Positions 37,385 to 49,300 of a DNA stretch of 64,000 nt are shown in pieces; position 1 is the stretch's first letter; each line of letters begins with the position of its first letter. The position numbers were made by a program, and so were the translations under genes. The notes below the pieces were generated by a model. The model was given only the letters and a program-made list of their open reading frames with translations, was not told where the DNA came from and searched no databases. Source of the stretch: Macrostomum hystrix (Eukaryota > Animalia > Platyhelminthes); the NCBI GenBank assembly GCA_950097015.1, contig CATNEN010000025.1, forward strand, positions 4,464,001-4,528,000, in the 5' to 3' direction.

Positions 37385-38545
37385 ATGAGCGGCAAGAAGG
37401 TGGTGCAGATCCCTCCGGGCTTCAAGGACCTGCTGCAGGACTTCACTGTGGCCGTGCTCAAAGAGGCGCCGGACGATGTTGTTGATTTCGCCGTCGAGTA
37501 CTTCACAAGACTGCGCATGGAACGGCATCAGCAGCAGGAGGATGAAGCAGAAGCTGCCGCTGAGGCCGCCGAGGCAGACTCGGACGTCGATGACGAGCCG
37601 ATGCAGGCGCCGCCGCCGCGCCGCGGTCCCCGCCGAGTTGCAGTCGCCGGCGAGAGCTTCGATCCGGAGAAGGAGGACGATGAACCAGTTGAAGTGGTTG
37701 TGCATCAAAAGACGGAGGAGCAGCACCAGAGGCTCAGCGAGGCGGTCAAGCACATCCTGCTTTTCCGCTGTCTGGACGAGGACCAGATGCGTGACGTCAT
37801 CAACGCTATGTTCGAGCGGCGCTGCGAGCCGGGCGACAAGATCATCACCCAGGGCGAGGACGGCGACAATTTCTACGTTATCGAATCCGGCGTCTACGAT
37901 ATCTATGTACTGATCAACGGCCAGGACACCAAGGTCGGCCAGTACGACAACAAGGGCTCGTTTGGGGAGCTGGCGCTGATGTACAATGCGCCCAGGGCCG
38001 CCACAATCCAGTGCGCCTCGCCTGGCAGCATCTGGGCCATGGACCGGGACACCTTCCGCCGCCTGGTGCTGAAGAAGGCCTTCCAGAAGCGCGTCATGTA
38101 CGAGAACCTCATCGACTCCGTGCCGCTGCTGAAGGAGCTGGCGCCCTACGAGCGGATGAGCATCGCCGACGCGTTGAAGTCGCGCGTATACGAAGACGGC
38201 GATAGTATCATTGTGCAAGGCGACGTTGGCAATGAGATGTACTTTATTGAGGACGGCGAGGTGCGCATCACGCGCAAAACTCAGGACGGCAGCGGCGAAA
38301 TGGAGCTCTCCCGGCTGCACAAGGGCGGCTACTTCGGCGAGCTCGCCCTGCTGACCAAGCAGCCTCGGGCCGCCAACGTCTACGCCTGCGGCGGCCGCTG
38401 CAAGGTGGCCGTCCTGGACGTCGGCTCGTTTGAGCGCCTCCTCGGCCCCTGCCTGGACATCATGCGGCGATCCATTGACAGCTACCAGCAGCAGCTCACC
38501 AGCCTCTTTGGCAGCATGGAAGCTGTGCCGGATCTGCGGGCCTGA
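37385..38545 (+). CDS. PRKAR2: cAMP-dependent protein kinase type II regulatory subunit, single coding exon, 386 aa
   Basis: RIIa D/D domain ([32 protein letters not shown]), inhibitor segment [13 protein letters not shown], and two cNMP domains with PBCs [16 protein letters not shown] and [16 protein letters not shown]. Confidence 0.96.
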   Translation: MSGKKVVQIPPGFKDLLQDFTVAVLKEAPDDVVDFAVEYFTRLRMERHQQQEDEAEAAAEAAEADSDVDDEPMQAPPPRRGPRRVAVAGESFDPEKEDDEPVEVVVHQKTEEQHQRLSEAVKHILLFRCLDEDQMRDVINAMFERRCEPGDKIITQGEDGDNFYVIESGVYDIYVLINGQDTKVGQYDNKGSFGELALMYNAPRAATIQCASPGSIWAMDRDTFRRLVLKKAFQKRVMYENLIDSVPLLKELAPYERMSIADALKSRVYEDGDSIIVQGDVGNEMYFIEDGEVRITRKTQDGSGEMELSRLHKGGYFGELALLTKQPRAANVYACGGRCKVAVLDVGSFERLLGPCLDIMRRSIDSYQQQLTSLFGSMEAVPDLRA

Positions 38546-40249
38546 ATAATGGAGCCACAGCCGCAGGAGGAGGACATTTGACGTCAATTTTAGCTGCTTT
38601 TCTATTCTAAGAGTGTCTTTAATCCACTTTCTCTGCTTTGTTCTAATGAAACCAGCATTACTCATCCCCATCCCTTTCCTACCTCACCATCTTCTCTGTC
38701 ACTTTTCTCTGCAATCTCGCAGTCTTCTTCACCGTTCTTCACTGCTAACACAAAGACTGCGATCTAGCCATGCTCCCAGTAACTAGAAAATAGTCTTTGT
38801 CTATTTTTTAAAATAGGAATAAACTGGATCTGGGTGAACATGTTGACGCCTAGCTTTAAATCTACACGCGTTCCTACTTCCTGCTTTTGCGAGTGTTTGT
38901 TTGTTTGTCCGACTGTTTGTTTGGTTGTTTGTTTGTTTGTTTGTTTGTTTGGTTGTTTGTCTGGTTTTTAGCTTGCAGCCTATCTTCGGGTGGGACTCCC
39001 AGTAATTAGTAAATTATTGTGCATCAGTGAATATATTAATTTGCACTTTATTTTAACTAACAGCTAAATACATGTATTTCCTATAGACTATCAAGTTAAT
39101 TAATTCTGTATTTAAATAAACAATTAGAAAGACATAATATATTTGAAAAGCGCACCCTACTGTTGTAATTGCCTTTTCATAATCCAGTAGTAATGATTTA
39201 TTATATTTTTAATCAATAGGCGCACAATGTACTTTAACTCTATAATCACTATCCGCTAGTTGCAAAGCCATTCAAATCCTTTTCTACCTTGAAATAAATG
39301 ACAGGCGAGTCTTAGAGAAAAAGAGTGGATTCTTGCCACACGTGCCCTAAAAGAAAAATGACAATATAATGAATTACTAGACTCGCTTTTTCTTAAAGCT
39401 TTAGACCTCCCAAAGTGCTTATTATTATTTTATCTAGAGGTTAAAAGTGCATGCTCAGCGAACGAGTTTACTATTCTGTTATTCATTTTTTTGTAGAAAC
39501 GGTCGTTCAAATATAAATAAGTCTAAATTGTACTTTTGCCATATCGGATCTATAGAGTCTCAATGACAGCATCTGCTCACACTCATATTTGAGTTTCATT
39601 TGAGTTGTTTTTGTTCGCAAAAAAAAATTACTTGAGAAACTGTGAAAAATAAGGCCGTGAGGAAATAAGCTTTTGGACGAAAACTTTTCGGATACGGGCC
39701 TAATCCGAATGGCACTCCGCTAGATTAAGTTTGAGGGAAATGGGAAAAGGGAAATGGAAAGAGGAGAGGAGGGAAGGGAATACGCGCTTCCCCGTTTTGC
39801 CGTCCCAAGTAGATATGCGAAATGGGACTAATAAATATGGCTATATAGCATGAAGGCAGCCCTACTTACTGGCCAGCAACACACTGCCCCGGCCTCCTTA
39901 TCCCCTATTCCCCAGGAGAAAAAGGTGCCGCCCAAGGCTGTTCGGCCTAAATACCGTACCGTCCATCTGTCTGCGTCTGTCTATTTTGAGTTTAAATCAA
40001 TTCTTCTAGTAGGGGCGGTAGAGGCGGGCGTACAAAGGCAGACAGTACAGTCAGCCAGTCTCTTATCTGTGCGTGCTGGTGTGTGTGCAGTGTAAGTACA
40101 TTACACGAGTATTAAATGTACATGCGGCACTACCCGGCGCAGTTAAACATGGATATGCCTTGGTTTATAACTAATTAGCATCTTAGCCTCTTTCAGTCAT
40201 TAGTGAAAAAAGGAATCCAACGATTTACTACAGCAGCCCCCCGCTTCTT

Positions 40250-43200
40250 TCATTCGTCCTTGACGACATCATCGTCGATTTGTCTCTCTCCAACGCGGCC
40301 AGTCTTTGTCGCGGGACAGCCGCTGCTGCTTTCATGTTTAAACGACAGTTGCACAATGCAGTAGCTGACAAGCAGTGTTAACAGATAATACCAGAGTGGC
40401 TCTGAAAGGTGGCGAGTGATCAGACGGTAACTAGCTAGCTACCTATTCAATCTGTGATTAATTTCACTTCATTTTGAGCGGTTAACGCGTCTGGCTCTCG
40501 CACCAAGGTCGATTCCGCGGCGAGGTCACATTCATTTGGATTAGGGGGCTTAACACAAATTAGGGCCAACCTTCATGGCACAGTGAGGGTGTACACTGCC
40601 TGACGATGAGAAAGTCAGGACAGATGTACACACCTGTGTGAGTGTGTGCCTGAGTACGGTATCTGTGTACTCAGCACAGCCGCAGCTACTGCACGGCGCA
40701 TCTGAAGGCTGCGTAAGGCTGTTCAGTCCATGGACTGAAACTGAAACTGAACTGAAAAAATGCAGAATTCAGTGTCTTTTCCTGACTTTCTCAACGTCAG
40801 GCAGTGTACACTCTCACTGTGCCTTGGAGGTTGGCCCTCAAGGGCGCAAATTGCGCGACAAGCCACCAAGCCTTCTCGCCGTGGCTGCACCCCAAATAAA
40901 TGTGGCCTCGCCGCGGAATCGACCTTGGTGCGAGAAGCAAACGCGTTAACCGCTCTGCCACTCAGCCCCTATTATGTATGATAGATTAAGATTATTCTAT
41001 TGGTTTTTAAAGTCCTTTTACGCAAATTCATTTAAAATCCCTTTAAACATGACATTACAGTGCTATGACTACAGAGAATACCACATTTTAAAATATATAA
41101 TTGGGCCATAGACAAAACTTGCCAAAATTATAGCCCTGACCTTCAAGTGTTAGCGGCTTGACCAGAGTCGACATAATTAGCGTTGAACTTCTGGAAAAGA
41201 AGAAAATGAAGATGGTCCAGGAGGACAGGAACAGGTTGTGCGCTATGACCGCCGCCACAATGCGCTGATGAAGCGAAGGGCCGAGTGCTCGATTCTGAAA
41301 GACGCGTTTTAGGTGAGGTGTAATTTTTGTGGTTCAGGAAACATCGGATAGAGCGAGAAATTTCAGCACGTTTTCTGGATTTTCACTGCGATTGGTTGAA
41401 TATTTTAATAGAAAAAAGGAAAATGTGGGTAAACCCTGGGTCCTTCTACTGTCAATATCAACTAAACGCTCACCAGCCAATCCTTGAGCTTTGCCCTGTA
41501 CAGAGCGCAGACCATTCTCTCCATGAGCAGCTGAAGGGCATTCAACGCTGCCCAAACCCGCACGCCGTACGTATCGCCGTGGTAGACCGAGACGAAAGCG
41601 AAGCTGGCTATCACAGCGGACACCTGCCTGACGAGACCTCGACGGCTGCCTCCCATAGGGATGTAGATGTGTTCGTGCATGAATGCGGCGAGTCCTCTGT
41701 CGAACACTCGCCACATCTGCCTGTAGGTGTAGACGCGGCTGACGCAGTCTGGCCAGTGAGGCAGCTCGAGTCCGTCAATCCTGGCTACGAGTCCCGGCCA
41801 TCCGTACAACTGCACGTGCAGCAGCATGAAGTTGTGGCCGTACAGGTACATAGCGAACACAAGTTGGTTGTAGGGCACAGCGTCGAGGTTTTGAATGCTG
41901 CTGAGAAACGCTCCGACTGGAAGGAAGTGGTGCAGCGCCTGAACGAGCAGCAACCACAACAGCAAGCGAGCTGCTCTCCACAGCAGACGCAGCACCAGCT
42001 TCCGGTCCCACGCAAGTCTGTCAGCTTTCTCGGCCTCCTGACAGAACTCGGAAAACGTGAGGATCGGACCGGCGAAGTGCCAGGGCATGTAGAATCCGTA
42101 GGCGACGGCACGCGGCAGGTGGAGGCGGAGAAAGTTGAGCAGACTACTCGGAGCCTCGTTCGGAGTCTCCTGTCTCTGCTGCCGCAGCATCTTGTTGAGA
42201 CTGTGACCGGCTGAGATGGACCGGCAGTACAGATAGCCAATGATCGGGTAGAACATCAGTATATTTGTATTTGTTCCGTATAGTGTCAGATGCTTATAGA
42301 GCCAAACACTCCAACTCGAGTTCAGCAGTGTGATTGCAGCCAAAACCAGCAGCCAGACGCCAGCTAAGGAGAAATATCCCATGCAGATGGCACCGCAATG
42401 CAGCAGCAACATATAGACCGTGGTGCGAACTCCAACAATCGACGCCGTCACTGCCAGCGTGTAGCCTGCTGTCACCAGGTAGTGTATCTGAATGTTTGAG
42501 TTAGTATTTTAGAACACCTGGTCAACGAAGCCTTCACACTGTATCCTCGCTTCAATCAATCACACTGCATAATCCAAGTCAGCTCCTGAACGACCACTCC
42601 CACACATATTCTACCTTGATCGACAATTCAACCAAACAAACACCAACTTGATCGACCACTATACCACACAAACACCAACTTGATCGATCACTATACCACA
42701 CAAATACCAACTTGATCGACCACTATACCACACAAATACCAACTTGATCGACCACTATACCACACAAATACCAACTTGATCGACCACTATACCACACAAA
42801 TACCAACTTGATCGACTACTATACCACACAAATACCAACTTGATCGACTACTATACCACACAAATACCAACTTGATCGACCACTATACCACACAAATACC
42901 AACTTGATCGACTACTATACCACACAAATACCAACCTTGGTCGACTACTATACCACACAAATACCAACTTGATCGACTACTATACCACACAAATACCAAC
43001 TTGATCGACTACTATACCACACAAATACCAACATTGGTCGACTACTATACCACACAAATACCAACATTGGTCGACTACTATACCACACAAATACCAACAT
43101 TGGTCGACTACTATACCACACAAATACCAACATTGGTCGACTACTATACCACACAAATACCAACTTGATCGACTACTATACCACACAAATACCAACATTG

Positions 43201-45337
43201 GTCGACTACTATACCACACAAATACCAACATTGGTCGACTACTATACCACACAAATACCAACATTGGTCGACTACTATACCACACAAATACCAACTTGAT
43301 CGACTACTATACCACACAAATACCAACATTGGTCGACTACTATACCACACAAATACCAACATTGGTCGACTACTATACCACACAAACACCAACTTGATCG
43401 ACTACTATACCACACAAATACCAACATTGGTCGACTACTATACCACACAAATACCAACTTGATCGACCACTATACCACACACAAATACCAACATTGGCCG
43501 ACCACTATACCACACAAATACCAACATTGGTCGACTACTATACCACACAAATACCAACATTGGTCGACTACTATACCACACAAATACCAACTTGATCGAC
43601 TACTATACCACACAAATACCAACTTGATCGACTACTATACCACACAAATACCAACTTGATCGACCACTATACCACACAAATACCAACTTGATCGACTACT
43701 ATACCACACAAATACCAACTTGATCGACTACTATACCACACAAATACCAACATTGGTCGACTACTATACCACACAAATACCAACTTGATCGATCACTATA
43801 CCACACAAATACCAACTTGATCGACCACTATACCACACAAATACCAACTTGATCGACCACTATACCACACACAAATACCAACATTGGCCGACCACTATAC
43901 CACACAAATACCAACATTGGCCGACCACTATACCACACAAATACCAACATTGGCCGACCACTATACCACACAAATACCAACATTGGTCGACCACTCAGCC
44001 ACACCAGTGCACTCCTAATTGACCAATGAAAGCCCGCATGACCCACTCCAATACTCACATTTTTTCTACAGCATCTCAAACTGATGTGGCTGGTTAGCAG
44101 AAAGCCCAAGTAGATGATGATTAATTTCTTATAGTTGTCCAGCATAAATTTGAGGACAAAATCGTCATATTCCTGACGAAGGTGTGTAAAATGTGCGATA
44201 GAATCACAACCTAAAAATGAACTACATTGTAAAAAAATAACTACCTACCTTATAGTCAGCCAGCCAACCTTCCGTCATGTAAGGTAAAAGTGGAGCTAAA
44301 AAGATGTTTTCTTGCCTTTAATTTTTAATTCGCATTGGGTATACGTCATTTAACTACTTTAAGTAGAGCTATAAATTGTTGTCAATAAATAAGGACAAAA
44401 TTATGTCCCACTTCAAGCACAAGATTGACATACACACAAACCAACTGTACCTCCTTAAAAATTACAAAATAGTTCTACCTTGATTCTGCAAATTGATCCC
44501 GCTTCGATTCCGAATATAGATCCTGCTTCGATTCCGAATATAGATCCTGCTTCGATTCCGAATATAGATCCTGCTTCGATTCTGACAACTGATCCTGCTT
44601 CGATTCCAACTGCAGATCCTACTTCGATACTGACTATTGATGCTGCTATGTATCCTGCTTCGATTCTGACTATAGATCCTGCTTCGATTCCGACTATAGA
44701 TCCTGCTTCGATTCTGACTATAGACCCTGCTTTGATTCTGACTATAGATCCTGCTTCGATTCTGACTATAGATCCTGCTTCGATTCTGACTATTGATGCT
44801 GCTATGTATCCTGCTTTGATTCCGACTATAGATTCTGCTTCGATTCTGACTATAGATCCTGCTTCGATTCTGACAACTGATCCTGCTTCGATTCCAACTG
44901 CAGATCCTACTTCGATACTGACTATTGATGCTGCTATGTATCCTGCTTCGATTCTGACTATAGATCCTGCTTCGATTCCGACTATAGATCCTGCTTCGAT
45001 TCTGACTATAGACCCTGCTTTGATTCTGACTATGTATCCTGCTTCGATTCTGACTATAGATCCTGCTTCGATTCTGACTATTGATGCTGCTATGTATCCT
45101 GCTTTGATTCCGACTATAGATTCTGCTTCGATTCTGACTATAGATCCTGCTTCGATTCTGACTATAGACCCTGCTTCGATTCCAACTTTGTTTATAGCGC
45201 GATTCAGCGAACTCACAATCAGGTCGATAGGTTTGACCGTAGGCCTTATAAAAATTCAAACCCGAGTAGAAAATAGCGGCCGCAAAGGTTAGGCCATAGA
45301 CAGTCAGCTCCAGGTTACTGGGCAGCCGATAATCCAT
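40250..45337 (-). CDS. HHAT: Hedgehog acyltransferase-like MBOAT protein, copy 2 (6 exons, intact, 533 aa)
   Basis: Exons 45337-45217, 44295-44249, 44172-44059, 42487-41474, 41294-41141, 40401-40250; all GT-AG with compatible phases, total 1602 nt. Same motifs and catalytic His (VYHG) as copy 1. Confidence 0.9.
40476..40969. mobile_element. Tail-to-tail pair of SINE B copies (40476-40660 plus; 40780-40969 minus) with a SINE A fragment between them
   Basis: Arms are reverse complements of each other and match other B copies; lies in the last intron of HHAT-like copy 2. Confidence 0.85.
42640..43990. repeat. 32/33-bp minisatellite (CCAACTTGATCGACTACTATACCACACAAATA) in HHAT-like copy 2 intron 3
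   Basis: Direct periodicity. Confidence 0.97.
44490..45185. repeat. 24-bp minisatellite (GATCCTGCTTCGATTCTGACTATA) with a 288-bp (12-unit) duplication, in HHAT-like copy 2 intron 1
   Basis: Variant TCTGACAACT occurs at 44581 and 44869. Confidence 0.95.
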
Positions 45338-45979
45338 TGCTGTAGATCTTTGCAAAGATTTTGGGGAAAGGAAAAAATTTTCTGACGAAGTGGAAGTAAT
45401 ATTTTTTTATTTACCTTGTTGATTTATATTCAGAACACAGCCGTGTTCGGTGTGCTCGTGTGTTTTTTTTATAACAAAAATGTTCTCAATCTAGGACAAC
45501 AAGTCTTTCAACATTTTCAAGGAATTCCAATTTTACATAACGAGATCCTGTTACGAGACACAGGTGTCTTTTTACAATATTTTCTGTGCATTTTTCTATG
45601 ACTAATTTGTACGAGCCGTATACTAACAAGAAATTAAAAAGAACATTTTCTTCCGGATTTTAGCTCACGAATACGGAGGGAAGCAATCAAACAAATTTAA
45701 TTGACTGCGCCAGCTACGAGTAAATGAGCTTTGCATAAAATCAATCGATTTCCGGAGTGTGACCTCAGAGCCAAGTGCTCAGCAGGCTGCATCAATATTT
45801 ATAATATTCGCCAAGTAGCGAGGCGTATTTTACTCGTAATTACATTTTTTCTATTTCCCTTGCGAAAAAGGAGGCTTGGCAAGTTTATCGGGAATACGGT
45901 GGTCAGGTGAGCTGCGAGCCATTGATTTTTATAGGGAAATAATAAGACACAAATATACTTATAGAGTATGCTAGAAAAG

Positions 45980-46215
45980 AGGAGAATGAGGAGAGGAGAG
46001 CACAGGAGAGGCGAGGAGAGGAAAGGGGAGGAGAGGAGAGGACAGGAGAGGACAGGAGAGGACAGGAGAGGAGAGGAGAGGAGAGGAGAGGAGAGGAGAG
46101 GAGAGGAGAGGAGAGGAGAGGAGAGGAGAGGAGAGGAGAGGAGAGGATAGGAGAGGAGAGGAGAGGAGAGAACAGGACAGAAGAGGAGAGGACAGGAGAG
46201 GAGAGGAGAGGAGAG
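45980..46215. repeat. (GGAGA)n pentanucleotide microsatellite
   Basis: Direct. Confidence 0.95.
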
Positions 46216-46351
46216 AAGCATGTTGATTTGTTGTGTGCATAAATAAAAAACAAGAACAAACAATTTTTTAGCAATCAAATCAGGCAGTACAGCTTGCAAA
46301 AACTCAATTGACTTTCATGCAGTGAATTCCAGCACTAAATTCGTTTAAAAC

Positions 46352-49300
46352 TTAATTATTTTGTTTTAAATTGCCAACGCCGCCACCGCCAACGCCGCCA
46401 CCGGCGCCGCCGGCAGCGCGGCAGTTGGCTTCGACAACAAAGTGCAGAAGGTGGTCAATGAACTTCGCCCATGTCGCGTGGCCCTCTTGGCTGGACTGCA
46501 GCACGTGGTCAAGAGTTTGCAGCAGTGCTTGTCGCATGCACTGCGGGAGATAAGAGAGTTTTTAAAGGCCGGGTTAATTCAAAAATAAAATAAATTAAAT
46601 TAATTTTAAAACATACGAGCGTATTTTGGTATTGATGATTCAATTTATTGAAATCCACAATGCATGAAATCACAATTTGGAGTATCGTAATTACGCTTTG
46701 CTGCATACTTTTTCCAAGAAATCAGAAAAGAAGTCCGGATTCTTGGAAATCTATATTATAAGAAAACCACAATCTAAAAAAGGACTTGAAGGAAGAAAAA
46801 AAAATATGAATTCGCTAAATAGGGATTTCTTAGAAAAAGTTGTACTACACTCTTAGAATCTCATAGAATCCGGAATCTTTGAAGACAAAGATTTCTTAGA
46901 TTCATAACTTCTTAGGATCAAGCGCCCAAAAAGTCAATACTTCTTTAAACTTGTCTTTTTTAGAATCTATACTTCTTAAAATGAGGATTTCTTAATATAT
47001 CTGAATTTCTTAGAATCGTGATTTCTTAGAACTTATGATTTTTTTAAATCAAGATTTTTAATATAATGATTTCTATGAATCTTGACTTCTAGAGAATCTA
47101 GATTACTTAGAAAAATATTTTGGTAGAATAAGTTCTTTTTAGAATCGGGATTTATTAGAATCGTGACTTCGTAGAAGTAAAATTTTCTAAATATTGACTT
47201 CAAAGAATGTTGAAGTTTTTAAGTTTAGACTTCTTAGAATGTGGATTTCTTAGAATGTGGATTTCTTAGAATGTGGATTTCTTAGAATGTGGATTTCTTA
47301 GAATGTGGATTTCTTAGAATGTGGATTTCTTAGAATGTGGATTTCTTAGAATGTGGATTTCTTAGGATGTGGATCTCTTAGAATGTGGATCACTTAGAAT
47401 TCAGATTTTCTGCAATTGGGTTGCACCAAACCCAATGGCCCTTAAAGTTTTCGCACTGACCACAAAGTGCTGCTCGGTGACGCCCATCGTTCGATGCGAC
47501 TGTCCAATCATGCGTAGCACGCCGACGTCCAGACTGTCAGAGCCGGCGGCTAAGTCGTTGACAGCTGCGCCGATGACGGCCAGGACTCGGAGGCCGTGAG
47601 TGCGCAACGGCGCCGACCGCACGAGATCCGATTGGCTCTGGCCGCGAAAGCGAGGAAACAGAGACTGCGTCACGGGCGATTCGTCGAACATCCTTTAGGA
47701 AGGGAAAAATTCGACAATCAAACATCTATGCAATCAGGAAGGGATTCCCCTTCAGCATCAAACATCTATGCAATCATGAAGGGATTCCCCTTCAGCAACA
47801 AACATCTATGCAATCAGGAAGGGATTCCCCTTCAGAATCAAACATCTATGCAATCATGAAGGGATTCCCCTTCAGCAACAAACATCTATGCAATCAGGAA
47901 GGGATTACCCTTCAGCATCAAACATCTATGCAATCATGAAGGGATTCCCCTTCAGCAACAAACATCTATGCAATCAGGAAGGGATTCCCCTTCAGAATCA
48001 AACATCTATGCAATCATGAAGGGATTCCCCTTCAGCAACAAACATCTATGCAATCATGAAGGGATTCCCCTTCAGCATCAAACATCTATGCAATCATGAA
48101 GGGATTCCCCTTCAGCATCAAACATCTATGAGATCAGGGAGGGATTCCCCTTCAGCATCAAACATCTATGCAATCATGAAGGGATTCCCCTTCAGCATCA
48201 AACATCTATGCAATCAGGAAGGGATTCCCCTTCAGCATCAAACATCTATGAGATCAGGGAGGGATTCCCTTCAGCATCAAACATCTATGAGATCAGGGAG
48301 GGATTCCCCATCAGCATCAAACATCTATGCAATCAGGAAGGGATTCCCCTTCAGCATCAATCATCCATGAGATCATGGAGAGATTCCCCTTGAGAATTAT
48401 TTATCTTTGGGAAAAGGGAGGAGGTCCCATGAAAATAATGTGCCAACGTAATGAATAATGATTAGTCTTCTGAACCAAAAATAGAAGCAAAAGTCTTAGC
48501 CTAGTATACTAATTCTATAGTTTCAAGATCCACACGTCTTCTTTTTATAGGAATTGTGGAAAACTTATTTGATTTTTGCCAGTAACCCAGGAAGCTGCAC
48601 AGCTATAAGGACAAGTTCTGAGCGAGGCGGGCAAAATGAGCTTTCCTTGGCGATGAGATCGGTTGGGAAGTAGTCAATGGGGGCTAATAATCCATATAAC
48701 AAGATGAAGGCCCGCAATATATTGGGAAATTCTGTTAGCCAAAGCAAGTCTTCCTTTGAGAGGCCTGTTTTCAGAGGCTAGGTTGCGGAAATTTTAGACA
48801 AGATAAGAGTCCTTCAATCAGACGGGAAAAAGACGGGAAATAGGGGCGGAGGAAGAAATTTCCTTGCCGAAATTTTGACTTCCAAGCAAGTGAGTTTGTA
48901 GCTGCTTTACCTTTTCCGTGTGAAAATCCTATGCACACTGAAAATGGCGCCTTTCATTACCTAAAGTGCGCAAATAGTTATGGAATCCAAAAGAGAGAAA
49001 AAATGAGAAGCTACAGGCAAAATCTTCTTCTCTGGCCGCTTTATTTGAAGACTCAAACGAAAAATCCCACAGGAGCAGCAATTTTCCTCCGCAATCCTGT
49101 TTGAGAACAACGATTTTCAAGCTAGTTTCAAGCTAATTAGATGCAATTAGGCTGTGGACTAATTGTAGACAGCAGTAGCAGCAGTATGTAGGAAGCTGCA
49201 GTGAAATTCTTTCCTGTTTCATATACTTCATCAATAGCTTTGTCCAAAGCAGCAACGCGTTTTCTTCTTTCTAGCTGACAAGAACATTTCCATCATGGAG

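Noticed and set aside
37328-38671. 447-aa antisense ORF
   Set aside because: Shadow of the GC-rich PKA-RII coding strand; no recognisable domain. The same applies to short overlapping ORFs on the HHAT, RUN and CUT exons.
40598-40620. Hammerhead ribozyme-like CTGACGA...GAAA in SINE B
   Set aside because: Only 3 nt separate the core strands (no stem II), stems I and III cannot form, and CCTGAC pairs directly with GTCAGG as a simple hairpin.
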